Shown in pieces: positions 29,204 through 37,693 of a stretch of DNA of 64,000 nucleotides. Origin of the DNA: a virus (lineage: Duplodnaviria > Caudoviricetes); IMG/VR virus record IMGVR_UViG_2687453341_000003, positions 43,314 through 107,313 of that record, one strand, 5' to 3'. The position numbers were made by a program, and so were the translations under genes. Every line of letters starts with the position of its first letter. Positions within the stretch are counted from its first letter, which is position 1. Under the pieces are notes generated by a model. The model saw only the letters and a program-made list of their open reading frames with translations. It did not search any database and was not told the origin of the DNA.

Positions 29204-29456
29204 ATTCACCTCCGCAACTCGTTCCTGCGGGCGTCTCCATTTGCGAGAGAGTTCTCGCGGTTCAGATCTAGATCGGAAAACAAGTCGTGGGCACCTCCTT
29301 CGACTGTTAAACAGAACTACTCTGTCAAACAGAGAATCTGAGAGTTGCAGACGAATTTGCGCGGTCCGGTCGCGGAAATGCGATTTTCGGGCGAAATGAG
29401 AGCGCTCTCTGTTTGGCGGCCAGCGGGACGAGAAACCCGAAAACCCCCAGAAAACA

Positions 29457-31396
29457 ATCGGGTAGGAGGCGGGATTACTCCCGCCGTCCTCCCACACCAC
29501 CGTACGTACGGTTCCGTATACGGCGGTTCAGGTCTAACGACGATTCAGCTCAGTGCCTTTCTGGACGAGGCTTATCAGCCCAAGTTGCGTGAGGTGGCGA
29601 GTAGGCAGGGCCTGATTCATGTGGCTAGCGCCAGCATTCCACCAGGGGCCATGACCATTGCCAGCACAGACCCACGCTCGCACGCGGTCAATGCCAAGGC
29701 GAGTCAGTTCGCGGGCTCGTTTGGGCGGACGCTTCCATTGGCGCCAGTAGATGGCGCGTAACTTCCTGCGTAACCAGCTATCAAGTTCCTCGAACGTTTT
29801 CTTCACTTCACTCTTCCGGTAGTACGACACCCAACCGATCAGGACCGGCTGCAACTGAGCAAGCACCGTACGCACATTGCGACCTCGTGCCTTGCGGAGT
29901 TCCTCGCGTAGGCGACCCTTGAAGCGTTTGACCGATTCAGGAGACACCTTAAACTTCGGTTGGTGATGGTGCGTGAACGTATAGCCCAGGAACTTGCGGT
30001 TCCAGGGGCGGTCCACGGCACTCTTGGCTCGATTCACTGTCAGTCGCAGTTTCTCGCTCAGGAAGCGTTCGACACCATTAAGCACTCGCTCACCGGCGCG
30101 GTGACTGCGAACGTAAATGTTACAGTCATCAGCGTAGCGAACGAATTTGTGGCCTCGGCGTTCCAGCTCCTTGTCCAGCTCATCGAGCAGGACGTTGGAC
30201 AGAAGCGGTGATAAGGGACCGCCTTGCGGCGTTCCCTCGCTGCGTGGACTCACGATGCCGCCTTCCATGATGCCAGCTTGCAGATACAAGCGGATCAGTT
30301 TCAGGATGCGTTTGTCTTGGATCTGACGTGCAAGGCGACTCATCAGGATGTCGTGATTGACGCGATCGAAGAACTTTTCCAAGTCCATGTCGACAACCCA
30401 GCGATGCCCTGAAGCAATGTGTTCCTTGGCACGATCCAACGCCTGATGCGTACTCCGGCCTGGGCGAAACCCAAAGCTAGAATCCGAAAACATTGGATCG
30501 TAGAGCCTCGTGAGCACTTGCAGTAAAGCTTGCTGGATCAAGCGATCTAGCACTGTCGGTATGCCCAGCATGCGCATCCCTTTGCCACCGGGTTTAGGTA
30601 TTTCTACCTTTCGCACAGGGCTCGGACGATACGTTCCGCTGAACAGTTCTTCCCGGTGGCGTTCCCAATGCTCTCGGCAGTAGCCTGGCAGTTCATCGAC
30701 GGTCACCCCATCAACGCCTGCGGCTCCTTTATTACCGACAACACGGCTCAACGCCTGCAACATATTGCTGCGGCTTAGCACCTCCTCCATCGTGACGGTG
30801 ACTGAATGTTCAGTGTTCTCATTGCATGCCGGAAGTGTTTGACGCGCGTACGAATTACCCTCAGCGGTTCCGCCGCATACTCTTGTTCGCCGCTCAGGCT
30901 TCTCAGCCGTCATCTCTGCGTCTACCTCACATCACGAATACTTTGCACCAAACGGTTAAACTTGTTCGGCCCTTCGTCAGCTAAAGCCTCCGACTACTAT
31001 GGCCTCTGCTGACTTCTACGGTGACATCGTAACCTCTTGCGAGGCAACTAGCTTTGCAGCATCCCCGTAGATCTCTCAGGGTAAGACGCGTAACTTTCCT
31101 CTCGTATATTCGCCGCATATACGCCGACTCGGTCCGAATGACATTGGGCTTTGAATCTTCGTGCCTTCTCGCCCACCGGGTCGTCGCCTCGTATACGGTT
31201 CGTGTACCTCGAACCGAGAGTTTGCCTGCTGCTTCCTTCAGATTCAGAGTTGCCCCTGACACCCTTGCAGTCGACTAGGAGTTCCTGTCATCAAGGCCTC
31301 CATCGGGACTTGCACCCGACAAGTTACTTCCTGGTTCACTTTCGCTTGCCAGTTGCGAGCGTCAGTCAATGACGCTCCGCGTCATGCCTGACGCAC
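29457..31396 (-). mobile_element. Group IIC intron
   Basis: 5' GTGCGTCAGGCATGACGC; 3' domain V/VI GAACCGCCGTATACGGAACCGTACGTACGGTGGTGTGGGAGGACGGCGGGAGTAATCCCGCCTCCTACCCGAT; inserted after a terminator. Confidence 0.92.
29534..30913 (-). CDS. ltrA: Group II intron reverse transcriptase/maturase (no endonuclease domain)
   Basis: NKGAAGVDG, LGIPTVLDRLIQQA, GTPQGGPLSPLL, RYADD. Confidence 0.95.
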   Translation of the reverse strand: MTAEKPERRTRVCGGTAEGNSYARQTLPACNENTEHSVTVTMEEVLSRSNMLQALSRVVGNKGAAGVDGVTVDELPGYCREHWERHREELFSGTYRPSPVRKVEIPKPGGKGMRMLGIPTVLDRLIQQALLQVLTRLYDPMFSDSSFGFRPGRSTHQALDRAKEHIASGHRWVVDMDLEKFFDRVNHDILMSRLARQIQDKRILKLIRLYLQAGIMEGGIVSPRSEGTPQGGPLSPLLSNVLLDELDKELERRGHKFVRYADDCNIYVRSHRAGERVLNGVERFLSEKLRLTVNRAKSAVDRPWNRKFLGYTFTHHHQPKFKVSPESVKRFKGRLREELRKARGRNVRTVLAQLQPVLIGWVSYYRKSEVKKTFEELDSWLRRKLRAIYWRQWKRPPKRARELTRLGIDRVRAWVCAGNGHGPWWNAGASHMNQALPTRHLTQLGLISLVQKGTELNRR

Positions 31397-31399
31397 ACG

Positions 31400-31429
31400 A
31401 AAAAAGCCGAGGGATTTAATCCTCGGCTT
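31400..31429 (-). terminator. Rho-independent terminator (intron target)
   Basis: AAGCCGAGG-ATTAAATC-CCTCGGCTT-TTTT, 3 nt before the intron 5' end. Confidence 0.8.
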
Positions 31430-31470
31430 CTCTGTTAAATCGAACCCTCGGAAATTCCGAGGATTTGAAA

Positions 31471-31520
31471 GGCTCCCCCGGGTGGGCTCGAACCACCGAC
31501 ACGCGGATTAACAGTCCGCC
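31471..31520 (-). tRNA. 3' fragment of tRNA-Asn(GTT), putative prophage att site
   Basis: GCGGA-CTGTTAA-TCCGC anticodon arm, GGTGG-TTCGAGC-CCACC T arm, GGGGGAGCC 3' end; no D arm or 5' acceptor strand upstream. Confidence 0.8.
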
Positions 31521-31829
31521 TTGGGAGCTCTACTTGTTGAGTCGAGTTGAGTTGGTGAATCGTATCGGATTTCAATGAAATCGCAACCTCGCGGAGTGCT
31601 CGGGTATCGATCGAGCGAATACTATCCCGCAGCAGCCAGCGGACCATGGGACCAGGCCTGTCCGCATGCCGGCGTGGGTCCCATTTCGGCCGGCCACGCC
31701 GGCGACCCCTACGGGAACAACCGCCTATTATGACACACTTGCTTGCTCGCAGGCTCGCGGCGAGTTTGTAGCGACGAATTCGGTACTCCGGATGGGTGGT
31801 TGACTAGGTAAATCGCTAGTCTTCCGCCC

Positions 31830-32030
31830 ATGGCTACCAAGCAACAACTCCAGCAGCGACTCGACGACATCGACGCGATTCTCGCGTCAGGTTCGACCTC
31901 CCTCCAGGTCGACGGTGTGACAGTTTCCTTCGACCACGCCGCGCTGAAAAACGAGCGAGCCAGGATCGAGGGGGAGCTTGGAAAAAAAACGCGGAAGCCA
32001 GTCGCCTACCGAGTGAATCTAGGGGGCTGA
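31830..32030 (+). CDS. gpW-like head completion protein
   Basis: 66 aa helix-hairpin-helix pattern directly before a lambda-type portal. Confidence 0.6.
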   Translation: MATKQQLQQRLDDIDAILASGSTSLQVDGVTVSFDHAALKNERARIEGELGKKTRKPVAYRVNLGG

Positions 32031-32031
32031 C

Positions 32032-33528
32032 ATGACATTCGATCCCACGTTTCAGTTCTCTGTTGGAGCAACGGAATACTCGAGCGCGACCGCACCAGGA
32101 TCTTCCTCCGGATACGACGCTCTCGAACCGAAGGGCCGAAGAAAAGCGCCGCCGGCAACAGTCGTTCGCGAAGACGCCATCGTAAAGGGCGGAAAGCGAA
32201 CGAGGCTGCAGGCGAATGCAAACGACATCGCTCGCAACTTCTCCATTGCGGCTTGGGCTGTCCGTCGACATCTCGATTACGTCTCGCGTTTTACATTCCA
32301 CGCCCGGTGTAAAGATCGCGGATTGAATCGAGATGTCGAGCAGCTCATCAAGAACCAGTCGCAGGCGAAGAAATGCGATCGCGGTGGACGCATGAATCGG
32401 GAACGAATGTTCCGTATGGCGGAAGCCAGGCGAGTGCTCGACGGAGACGTCGGATTCATCCTCCTGAACGACCGTCGGATGCAGACCATCGAGTCGGATT
32501 TGATTCGACAACCCGAGAAGCTGCTCGGTCCACACGAATGGGTTGATGGCATCGAGGCCGATTATGCCGGCGAACCCAAGCAATACTCTATCTGGGGACG
32601 AAGCCGGGGAGGCGTCGGGTATCAATGGCGTCGAAATGTACCGGCCAAAAACTTCATTCACTACGGATTCTTTGAACGATGTGCGAGCGACCAGTATCGT
32701 GGGATTTCCCCAATAGTTTCGAGTCTCAATAACTATCGCGATGTCTACGAGAAGATTGATTACGCGTTGGTGAAGTCGAAGCTCCAGCAACTCTTCGCGC
32801 TCGCGTTGATGCGAGACAAAGATGCAACTTCCCTTGATGGTGCGATGCCGGGAGCAAATGGATCGACGGATGACGAAGATGACGACGACAGCAACAACGA
32901 GGCACAGCCTCGGACCATCGATTTGACCCACGGTCCAACCGTGCTCGATCTCGACGACGGTGAAAAAGTCGAAGTGATTGAGAGCAAGAATCCATCGAAT
33001 GAGTTTCAGAACTTCACGCGACTCGTGATCATGATCGCGTTGAAAGCCCTGGACATCCCGTATTCATTCTTCGACGAGTCCCACACGAACTACAGCGGAT
33101 CTCGTACGGGATGGCTTCACTACGAGCGATCGACCCTCGCAAATCGCGATGACCAAGTCGAGATGCGAACCCGATGGACCGATTTTCAGCTCCAAGGTGC
33201 GGTGCTGAATGGTGAGCTCGTGTTGCCATCCCGTATGAGCGTTGAAGACGTCATTTATGAATGGGTCCCACTCGGGATGCCATGGTGGAAGCCGTCCGAA
33301 GAAATCGTAGGGGACCTGAAAGCGATTGCTAGTGGTCTCGATTCCCCAATCAACATCACCAAGAGTCGTGGCACGGGTGACATCTTCGACAACATCGACG
33401 ACTTATGCGAAGTGATCGCCTACGCGAACAAGAAGGGTGAAGAGGTTCTTGGTCACGCCCTCCGCCTGAACTTCGATCCCGGTCCATTCCCAGCAGCTGT
33501 AACCACGGCCAATCAGGATTCCAAATAA
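32032..33528 (+). CDS. Phage portal protein, lambda family
   Basis: DIARN, DGD, DQYRGIS, L..GEKV, NYSGSR, W.P.G.PW..P..E. Confidence 0.9.
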   Translation: MTFDPTFQFSVGATEYSSATAPGSSSGYDALEPKGRRKAPPATVVREDAIVKGGKRTRLQANANDIARNFSIAAWAVRRHLDYVSRFTFHARCKDRGLNRDVEQLIKNQSQAKKCDRGGRMNRERMFRMAEARRVLDGDVGFILLNDRRMQTIESDLIRQPEKLLGPHEWVDGIEADYAGEPKQYSIWGRSRGGVGYQWRRNVPAKNFIHYGFFERCASDQYRGISPIVSSLNNYRDVYEKIDYALVKSKLQQLFALALMRDKDATSLDGAMPGANGSTDDEDDDDSNNEAQPRTIDLTHGPTVLDLDDGEKVEVIESKNPSNEFQNFTRLVIMIALKALDIPYSFFDESHTNYSGSRTGWLHYERSTLANRDDQVEMRTRWTDFQLQGAVLNGELVLPSRMSVEDVIYEWVPLGMPWWKPSEEIVGDLKAIASGLDSPINITKSRGTGDIFDNIDDLCEVIAYANKKGEEVLGHALRLNFDPGPFPAAVTTANQDSK

Positions 33529-33529
33529 C

Positions 33530-34891
33530 ATGGATGTGCAACTTGCCGTACCACGTGAAGCTATTCCCCACTTTGCATGCTGGGTGGGCGCGTGGGCGAT
33601 GTACGAGCCACACTTCAATGCTTTGTATGAGCAGATGCAACGTACCAATTTTACGGTGCACTTTGCTGACCTCGAAGGGCATCGCAAAGAAGCATTGGAG
33701 AGGATTGAGAATTACGAGCCCAACGTTGTGGATGGAATCGCCATCGTGTCCATCGAAGGGCCGATGATGAAACATCAGGCGAGCATGAGTGACAACGTTT
33801 CGACTGTCATCACGCGACGTTCAATCATCTCTCTGGCAAACGATCCGACCGTCCAGGGAATCATGGTGAAGCTCTGCACGCCAGGCGGGACAGTCCAGGG
33901 AACACCAGAACTCGGTGAATCAATTCTATTCGCTCGCGAAAAGAAGCCTGTTTGGGCTTATGGTTGCGACCTGCTGGCTTCCGCCGGCTATTGGGTCGGC
34001 AGCCAGTGTGAAAGGATCGAAACGAATGCGCTTTGCAAGGTCGGATCCATCGGTACGTTGAACGTTGCATTTGATCTATCGGAAAAGGCGTCAAAGGAAG
34101 GGATCAAAGTTCACGTACTCAGTACTGGCCAATTCAAAGGTGCATTTGTACCTGGCGCACCCATCACAGAGGCCCATTTGCTTGAAGCAAAAAGCCAAAT
34201 CGAAAAGATCAACGGATTCTTCCTCGAAGCCATTCAGTCAGGACGCGGGTTTGATGCAGAAAAGGCAAAGCAGCTTGCCGACGGCCGTGTTTGGATTGGA
34301 GCCGATGCAGTTGCGCTCGGCTTATCGGACGGTGTGAGCAAGTTCGATGACTACTTCGGGCGTTTTGTAACCCACTGCAATGCTCAGTCGAACAAGTATC
34401 GACGAAGTGACAATCCGCGAATGCAGACGGGGGCTCGATCTTCTACCGTGGGCTCTTCCAATTCATCACGCAATCAACTTTCTGGCAGCCAAGGCGAAAA
34501 GATGTCCGAATCCAATCCAAACCCATCCAATGTTGATGCACGAGCCGAACTACAGGCATATACGTCGCGTTTCGGCCTCGAACTTGGTGTCGATTTCTTC
34601 CAACGAAACGTGTCACTCGCCGACGCGTCTATCGAGTACTCCACCAAGGTGACAGCACAGCACAAAACGGAGCTCGAGCGAGTCAACAAGGAACACGCCG
34701 AAGCGATCGCTGGGTTAAACACTCAACTCGCCGCGGTCGCCAAAGAGCGTGATGAGTTCAGAGCAAAACTGGAAGCGGCCAAGATCTCGTTGGGAGAGCC
34801 AACAGCGGTCGATACCGGCAAACCGGCTCCAAACGGCGCCCCTGGCAAGTCATTCGGTTCCCTCATTCGTCCTGCAAGTCCAACCAAATAA
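33530..34891 (+). CDS. S49 head maturation protease with C-terminal scaffold region
   Basis: TPGG, ASAGYWVGS, VGSIG, G.FKG, DGRVWIG..A. Confidence 0.88.
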   Translation: MDVQLAVPREAIPHFACWVGAWAMYEPHFNALYEQMQRTNFTVHFADLEGHRKEALERIENYEPNVVDGIAIVSIEGPMMKHQASMSDNVSTVITRRSIISLANDPTVQGIMVKLCTPGGTVQGTPELGESILFAREKKPVWAYGCDLLASAGYWVGSQCERIETNALCKVGSIGTLNVAFDLSEKASKEGIKVHVLSTGQFKGAFVPGAPITEAHLLEAKSQIEKINGFFLEAIQSGRGFDAEKAKQLADGRVWIGADAVALGLSDGVSKFDDYFGRFVTHCNAQSNKYRRSDNPRMQTGARSSTVGSSNSSRNQLSGSQGEKMSESNPNPSNVDARAELQAYTSRFGLELGVDFFQRNVSLADASIEYSTKVTAQHKTELERVNKEHAEAIAGLNTQLAAVAKERDEFRAKLEAAKISLGEPTAVDTGKPAPNGAPGKSFGSLIRPASPTK

Positions 34892-34953
34892 GCGGTCAAC
34901 GACTTCGTTGCCTGTCGCCCATTCTCATTTTCGTCTAGGAATCCAACGCAATC

Positions 34954-35898
34954 ATGGCTGATACCCTCATTACCCTCGCGGATGTTGTCAAGATCAACGA
35001 TGTATCGGTCCGTGATATGGGTGCAACGGACATCTTCAACGATGCTCCCCTCCTTGCAGCTCTTCATGCGATCACTGCATCAAACGGAACCGTCCACAGT
35101 TACCTCAAAGAAGCAACTGCCCCTGTCGTAGGTTTCCGCGCGGCGAACACGGGCTTGGATGTTACCAGTTCGACCGATACCAAAGTCGATCTCGCCCTGC
35201 ACTACTTGGACGCTCGGGTCACGATGGACAAAATGCTCGCCGATTCCGGCAAGGGTCGCGACTACCATCTTGAACGGCAATCGAAGCGTAACCTACGCCA
35301 AGGCCTCTTCGTCGCTGAAAACCAAATCATTAACGGCGGTACGGCTAATGGTACGGCGTTCAATGGTTTCCTGCAGGCTCTAAATGCACTCGCCAACCCT
35401 ATGGTAGTGAATGCGGCAGGGGCTGCAGCTCGGAGTAGCGTGTACGCGATCCGCTGCACTCCCGACGAAGCGAATGTCTGCGTGATCATGGGGAACGATG
35501 GCGAAATCAAGATTGACCCATACTTCGAGTCTCTGCAAACCGATGGGACTGGTAAGGCATTCGTTGGCTACACCGTTCCAATCGCAGGCTGGATTGGCCT
35601 CCAGGTCGGTGCGGCAAAGTCAATCGCCCGCCTCGCTAACATTCCGGCTTCTGGTACAGGTTCGGTAACCGATGTGCTTCTCCAAAGCCTGTTCGATTTG
35701 TTCCCATCGAGTGCCCCACCCACGCACTTCGTAATGAACCGTCGATCCAGGGGCCAACTCCAGGCCTCGCGTGCGACGGTGAACGTGGGAGGAAACAGCA
35801 AGTTGATCACCAAGCACGCCCCCATTCCTACCGACTGGGAAGGAATTCCAATCGTCTGTGTGGAGTCAATTGGTAACGCCGAAACGGCTGTTGCTTAA
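34954..35898 (+). CDS. Major capsid protein
   Basis: Position after protease; P.VGFRAAN, FNG, MNRRSR..LQ, W.GIPI. Confidence 0.8.
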   Translation: MADTLITLADVVKINDVSVRDMGATDIFNDAPLLAALHAITASNGTVHSYLKEATAPVVGFRAANTGLDVTSSTDTKVDLALHYLDARVTMDKMLADSGKGRDYHLERQSKRNLRQGLFVAENQIINGGTANGTAFNGFLQALNALANPMVVNAAGAAARSSVYAIRCTPDEANVCVIMGNDGEIKIDPYFESLQTDGTGKAFVGYTVPIAGWIGLQVGAAKSIARLANIPASGTGSVTDVLLQSLFDLFPSSAPPTHFVMNRRSRGQLQASRATVNVGGNSKLITKHAPIPTDWEGIPIVCVESIGNAETAVA

Positions 35899-35934
35899 TT
35901 CCCTGGAGCAAGCTCGATCGAGGATTGATTCGCG

Positions 35935-36309
35935 ATGACCGTTTTGGGGCGATTGATACCCGCAACCTTTCGCACCTTGCAGAGACTCAACGGCGTCGCT
36001 GTTCGCTACCACTACAACGACGAACAATTCATCCCGATCGAGCTTGCAGTCCGGACAAAACCAAAGCCGCAGCGACAAGACATCGTCGATGGGATTGGTT
36101 TCGATTCATTGCGATGGGATTGGCTGATTGCCCCTGAGTGTTTAGTTGATGGAAACGGTGCACCGATCGTTCCGACGGTAGGACACCGAATTGAGCGACT
36201 TTGCGACAAGCTCATTCACGTAGTCGTTCGCGATCCGCGTGAGAATTGCTGGCGCTGGTCGGATGATAGCCATACTTGGCGACGCGTTTACACCGAGGAG
36301 CTTTCCTGA
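35935..36309 (+). CDS. Putative head-tail joining/closure protein
   Basis: Position; beta-rich, DWLI...P.VG.RI. Confidence 0.55.
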   Translation: MTVLGRLIPATFRTLQRLNGVAVRYHYNDEQFIPIELAVRTKPKPQRQDIVDGIGFDSLRWDWLIAPECLVDGNGAPIVPTVGHRIERLCDKLIHVVVRDPRENCWRWSDDSHTWRRVYTEELS

Positions 36310-36761
36310 TGTCCCATCCGCTTCTCACGCTGCGGGATGCACTCGTTGCCAAGCTCATCGCGATGAACAAGTCAGCTGAAGCAAGGTACGTCGAGTACAA
36401 AAGCAAAAGAGAGGTGAAGGATGGAAAGTACTTGGTAGCTATCGCGAGTGAATCAGATAAGCAGTTCCGGAACGTCGACCAACGAGACTACTTCATAGAT
36501 GTTGCATACCAGAGGAGCCTTCCGGAAGCGACAAAAGAAAAGCCCGACCCTCTTGAGAACAACGCTTTTCTTGACGCGTGCGTGATTGAGGTCGCGACGG
36601 TCAAGGCGTTGTTCCAAGAGGGAGGCGAACTGCGAGGAAATGCACTGGCTGATTGCGTTGCCATTGAGATCCTCGACGGACCTTTGTATCTGCCAAATCA
36701 CCTGACTGAACACAACATTTTCACCTCTTCGTTCCGAGTCCGATTTCGGTTGGAAGGGTAA
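36309..36761 (+). CDS. Putative tail terminator/completion protein
   Basis: TGATG coupling to previous gene; position before tail tube. Confidence 0.5.
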   Translation: MSHPLLTLRDALVAKLIAMNKSAEARYVEYKSKREVKDGKYLVAIASESDKQFRNVDQRDYFIDVAYQRSLPEATKEKPDPLENNAFLDACVIEVATVKALFQEGGELRGNALADCVAIEILDGPLYLPNHLTEHNIFTSSFRVRFRLEG

Positions 36762-36778
36762 TACCAAAGGATTAAACC

Positions 36779-37279
36779 ATGAGTGCAGGACGCAGACGCG
36801 CGGCATACGTCAATACGGGCACCTACTCGACACCTGTATGGGCCGAGATGTCGAGGATTAGTGGAGTGCAACGAGGTCGCTCTCGCGGCACCTCCGACCG
36901 AAAATACCGTGGCTCCCCGAACGTAAAGACGGTGACAGGTTACAAAACCAACACCTTCACCTTCAAGTACCACATTAAGGGACCAAAATTCACTACCGAT
37001 GCGGTTCTTGCGCTGCTGGAAGCTTCTTACGAAGACGAAACGCCAATGGACGTATGCTTCCTGAATCAGAAGATCGTTCAACCGACCGGCACATTCACCC
37101 CAGGCGCTAACGCAGTCGGAGTCCGGGGATTCGTAGTCGCTGTGAAAATGGACATCTCGGAGGAGGATGAAGAAGGTGTTACCTACGATGTCGAACTTCG
37201 CGAGATTGAACACGAGGAGCCTTCCGGAACAGCTCGCGATATCGCGGCCTATTCGGTAGCGGTGACTGCGCCGGCTTAA
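36779..37279 (+). CDS. Major tail tube protein
   Basis: Y.NTGTY.TP.W, beta-rich 166 aa; position. Confidence 0.7.
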   Translation: MSAGRRRAAYVNTGTYSTPVWAEMSRISGVQRGRSRGTSDRKYRGSPNVKTVTGYKTNTFTFKYHIKGPKFTTDAVLALLEASYEDETPMDVCFLNQKIVQPTGTFTPGANAVGVRGFVVAVKMDISEEDEEGVTYDVELREIEHEEPSGTARDIAAYSVAVTAPA

Positions 37280-37328
37280 ACGACAGCGACTACCAGTTGA
37301 TGCTTCCACCCTTTTTGCAGGTCGATTA

Positions 37329-37691
37329 ATGTGCAAGTCCTCCGAGCCCGCCGGATATATTGGCCACTACCTGGCCCTGATTATGCGGCAGGGCTCGGAC
37401 TTTGTATTGAGAATCATCCTCACGGAAGAGGACGGTGAGACACCTTTTGATGCGACCGGTTTTACCGCTCGGGCGCATATGTCGAATGGTAAGACTCGAA
37501 CTGCGATCGCCGCCAATTTTGAACCGGGCGGTGTCTTAGTTCTTTCCAAGCCGGCGAGTGAAACAACATTGTTGAAGGCGGGATCTCTGAGCGACTCACT
37601 CGGCTCGTATGAATGGGATTGCGAATTCCTGCATGGGCAAGAAGTCGTTCCAGCGTTCTACGGACCGGTTACCGTTGTGAAGGATATCTGA
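37329..37691 (+). CDS. Virion structural protein (BppU-like N-terminal domain)
   Basis: RQGSDF...DATGFTARA...YEWD..; precedes fibre gene. Confidence 0.5.
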   Translation: MCKSSEPAGYIGHYLALIMRQGSDFVLRIILTEEDGETPFDATGFTARAHMSNGKTRTAIAANFEPGGVLVLSKPASETTLLKAGSLSDSLGSYEWDCEFLHGQEVVPAFYGPVTVVKDI

Positions 37692-37693
37692 CC

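Larger units (their letters stand above)
1..29456. mobile_element. Element 1: prophage-like integrative element with large serine recombinase and defence cargo (left end outside window)
   Basis: Phage replication/recombination genes, cos-like site, DUF2924+recombinase module and defence genes, ending next to a tRNA fragment; right boundary approximate. Confidence 0.8.

Noticed and set aside
29534-30913. RT as retron (given the nearby PtuAB-like pair) or DGR (given nearby tail fibres)
   Set aside because: Flanked by clear group IIC intron 5' end and domain V/VI; no TR/VR repeat pair or msr-msd noticed
31471-31545. Complete tRNA-Asn gene
   Set aside because: Sequence 5' of the anticodon arm cannot form a D arm or pair with the acceptor strand
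31834-32931. 365-aa minus-strand ORF and other long antisense ORFs (e.g. 45782-46558, 41413-42150, 347-724)
   Set aside because: Shadow ORFs opposite well-supported genes, with no motifs
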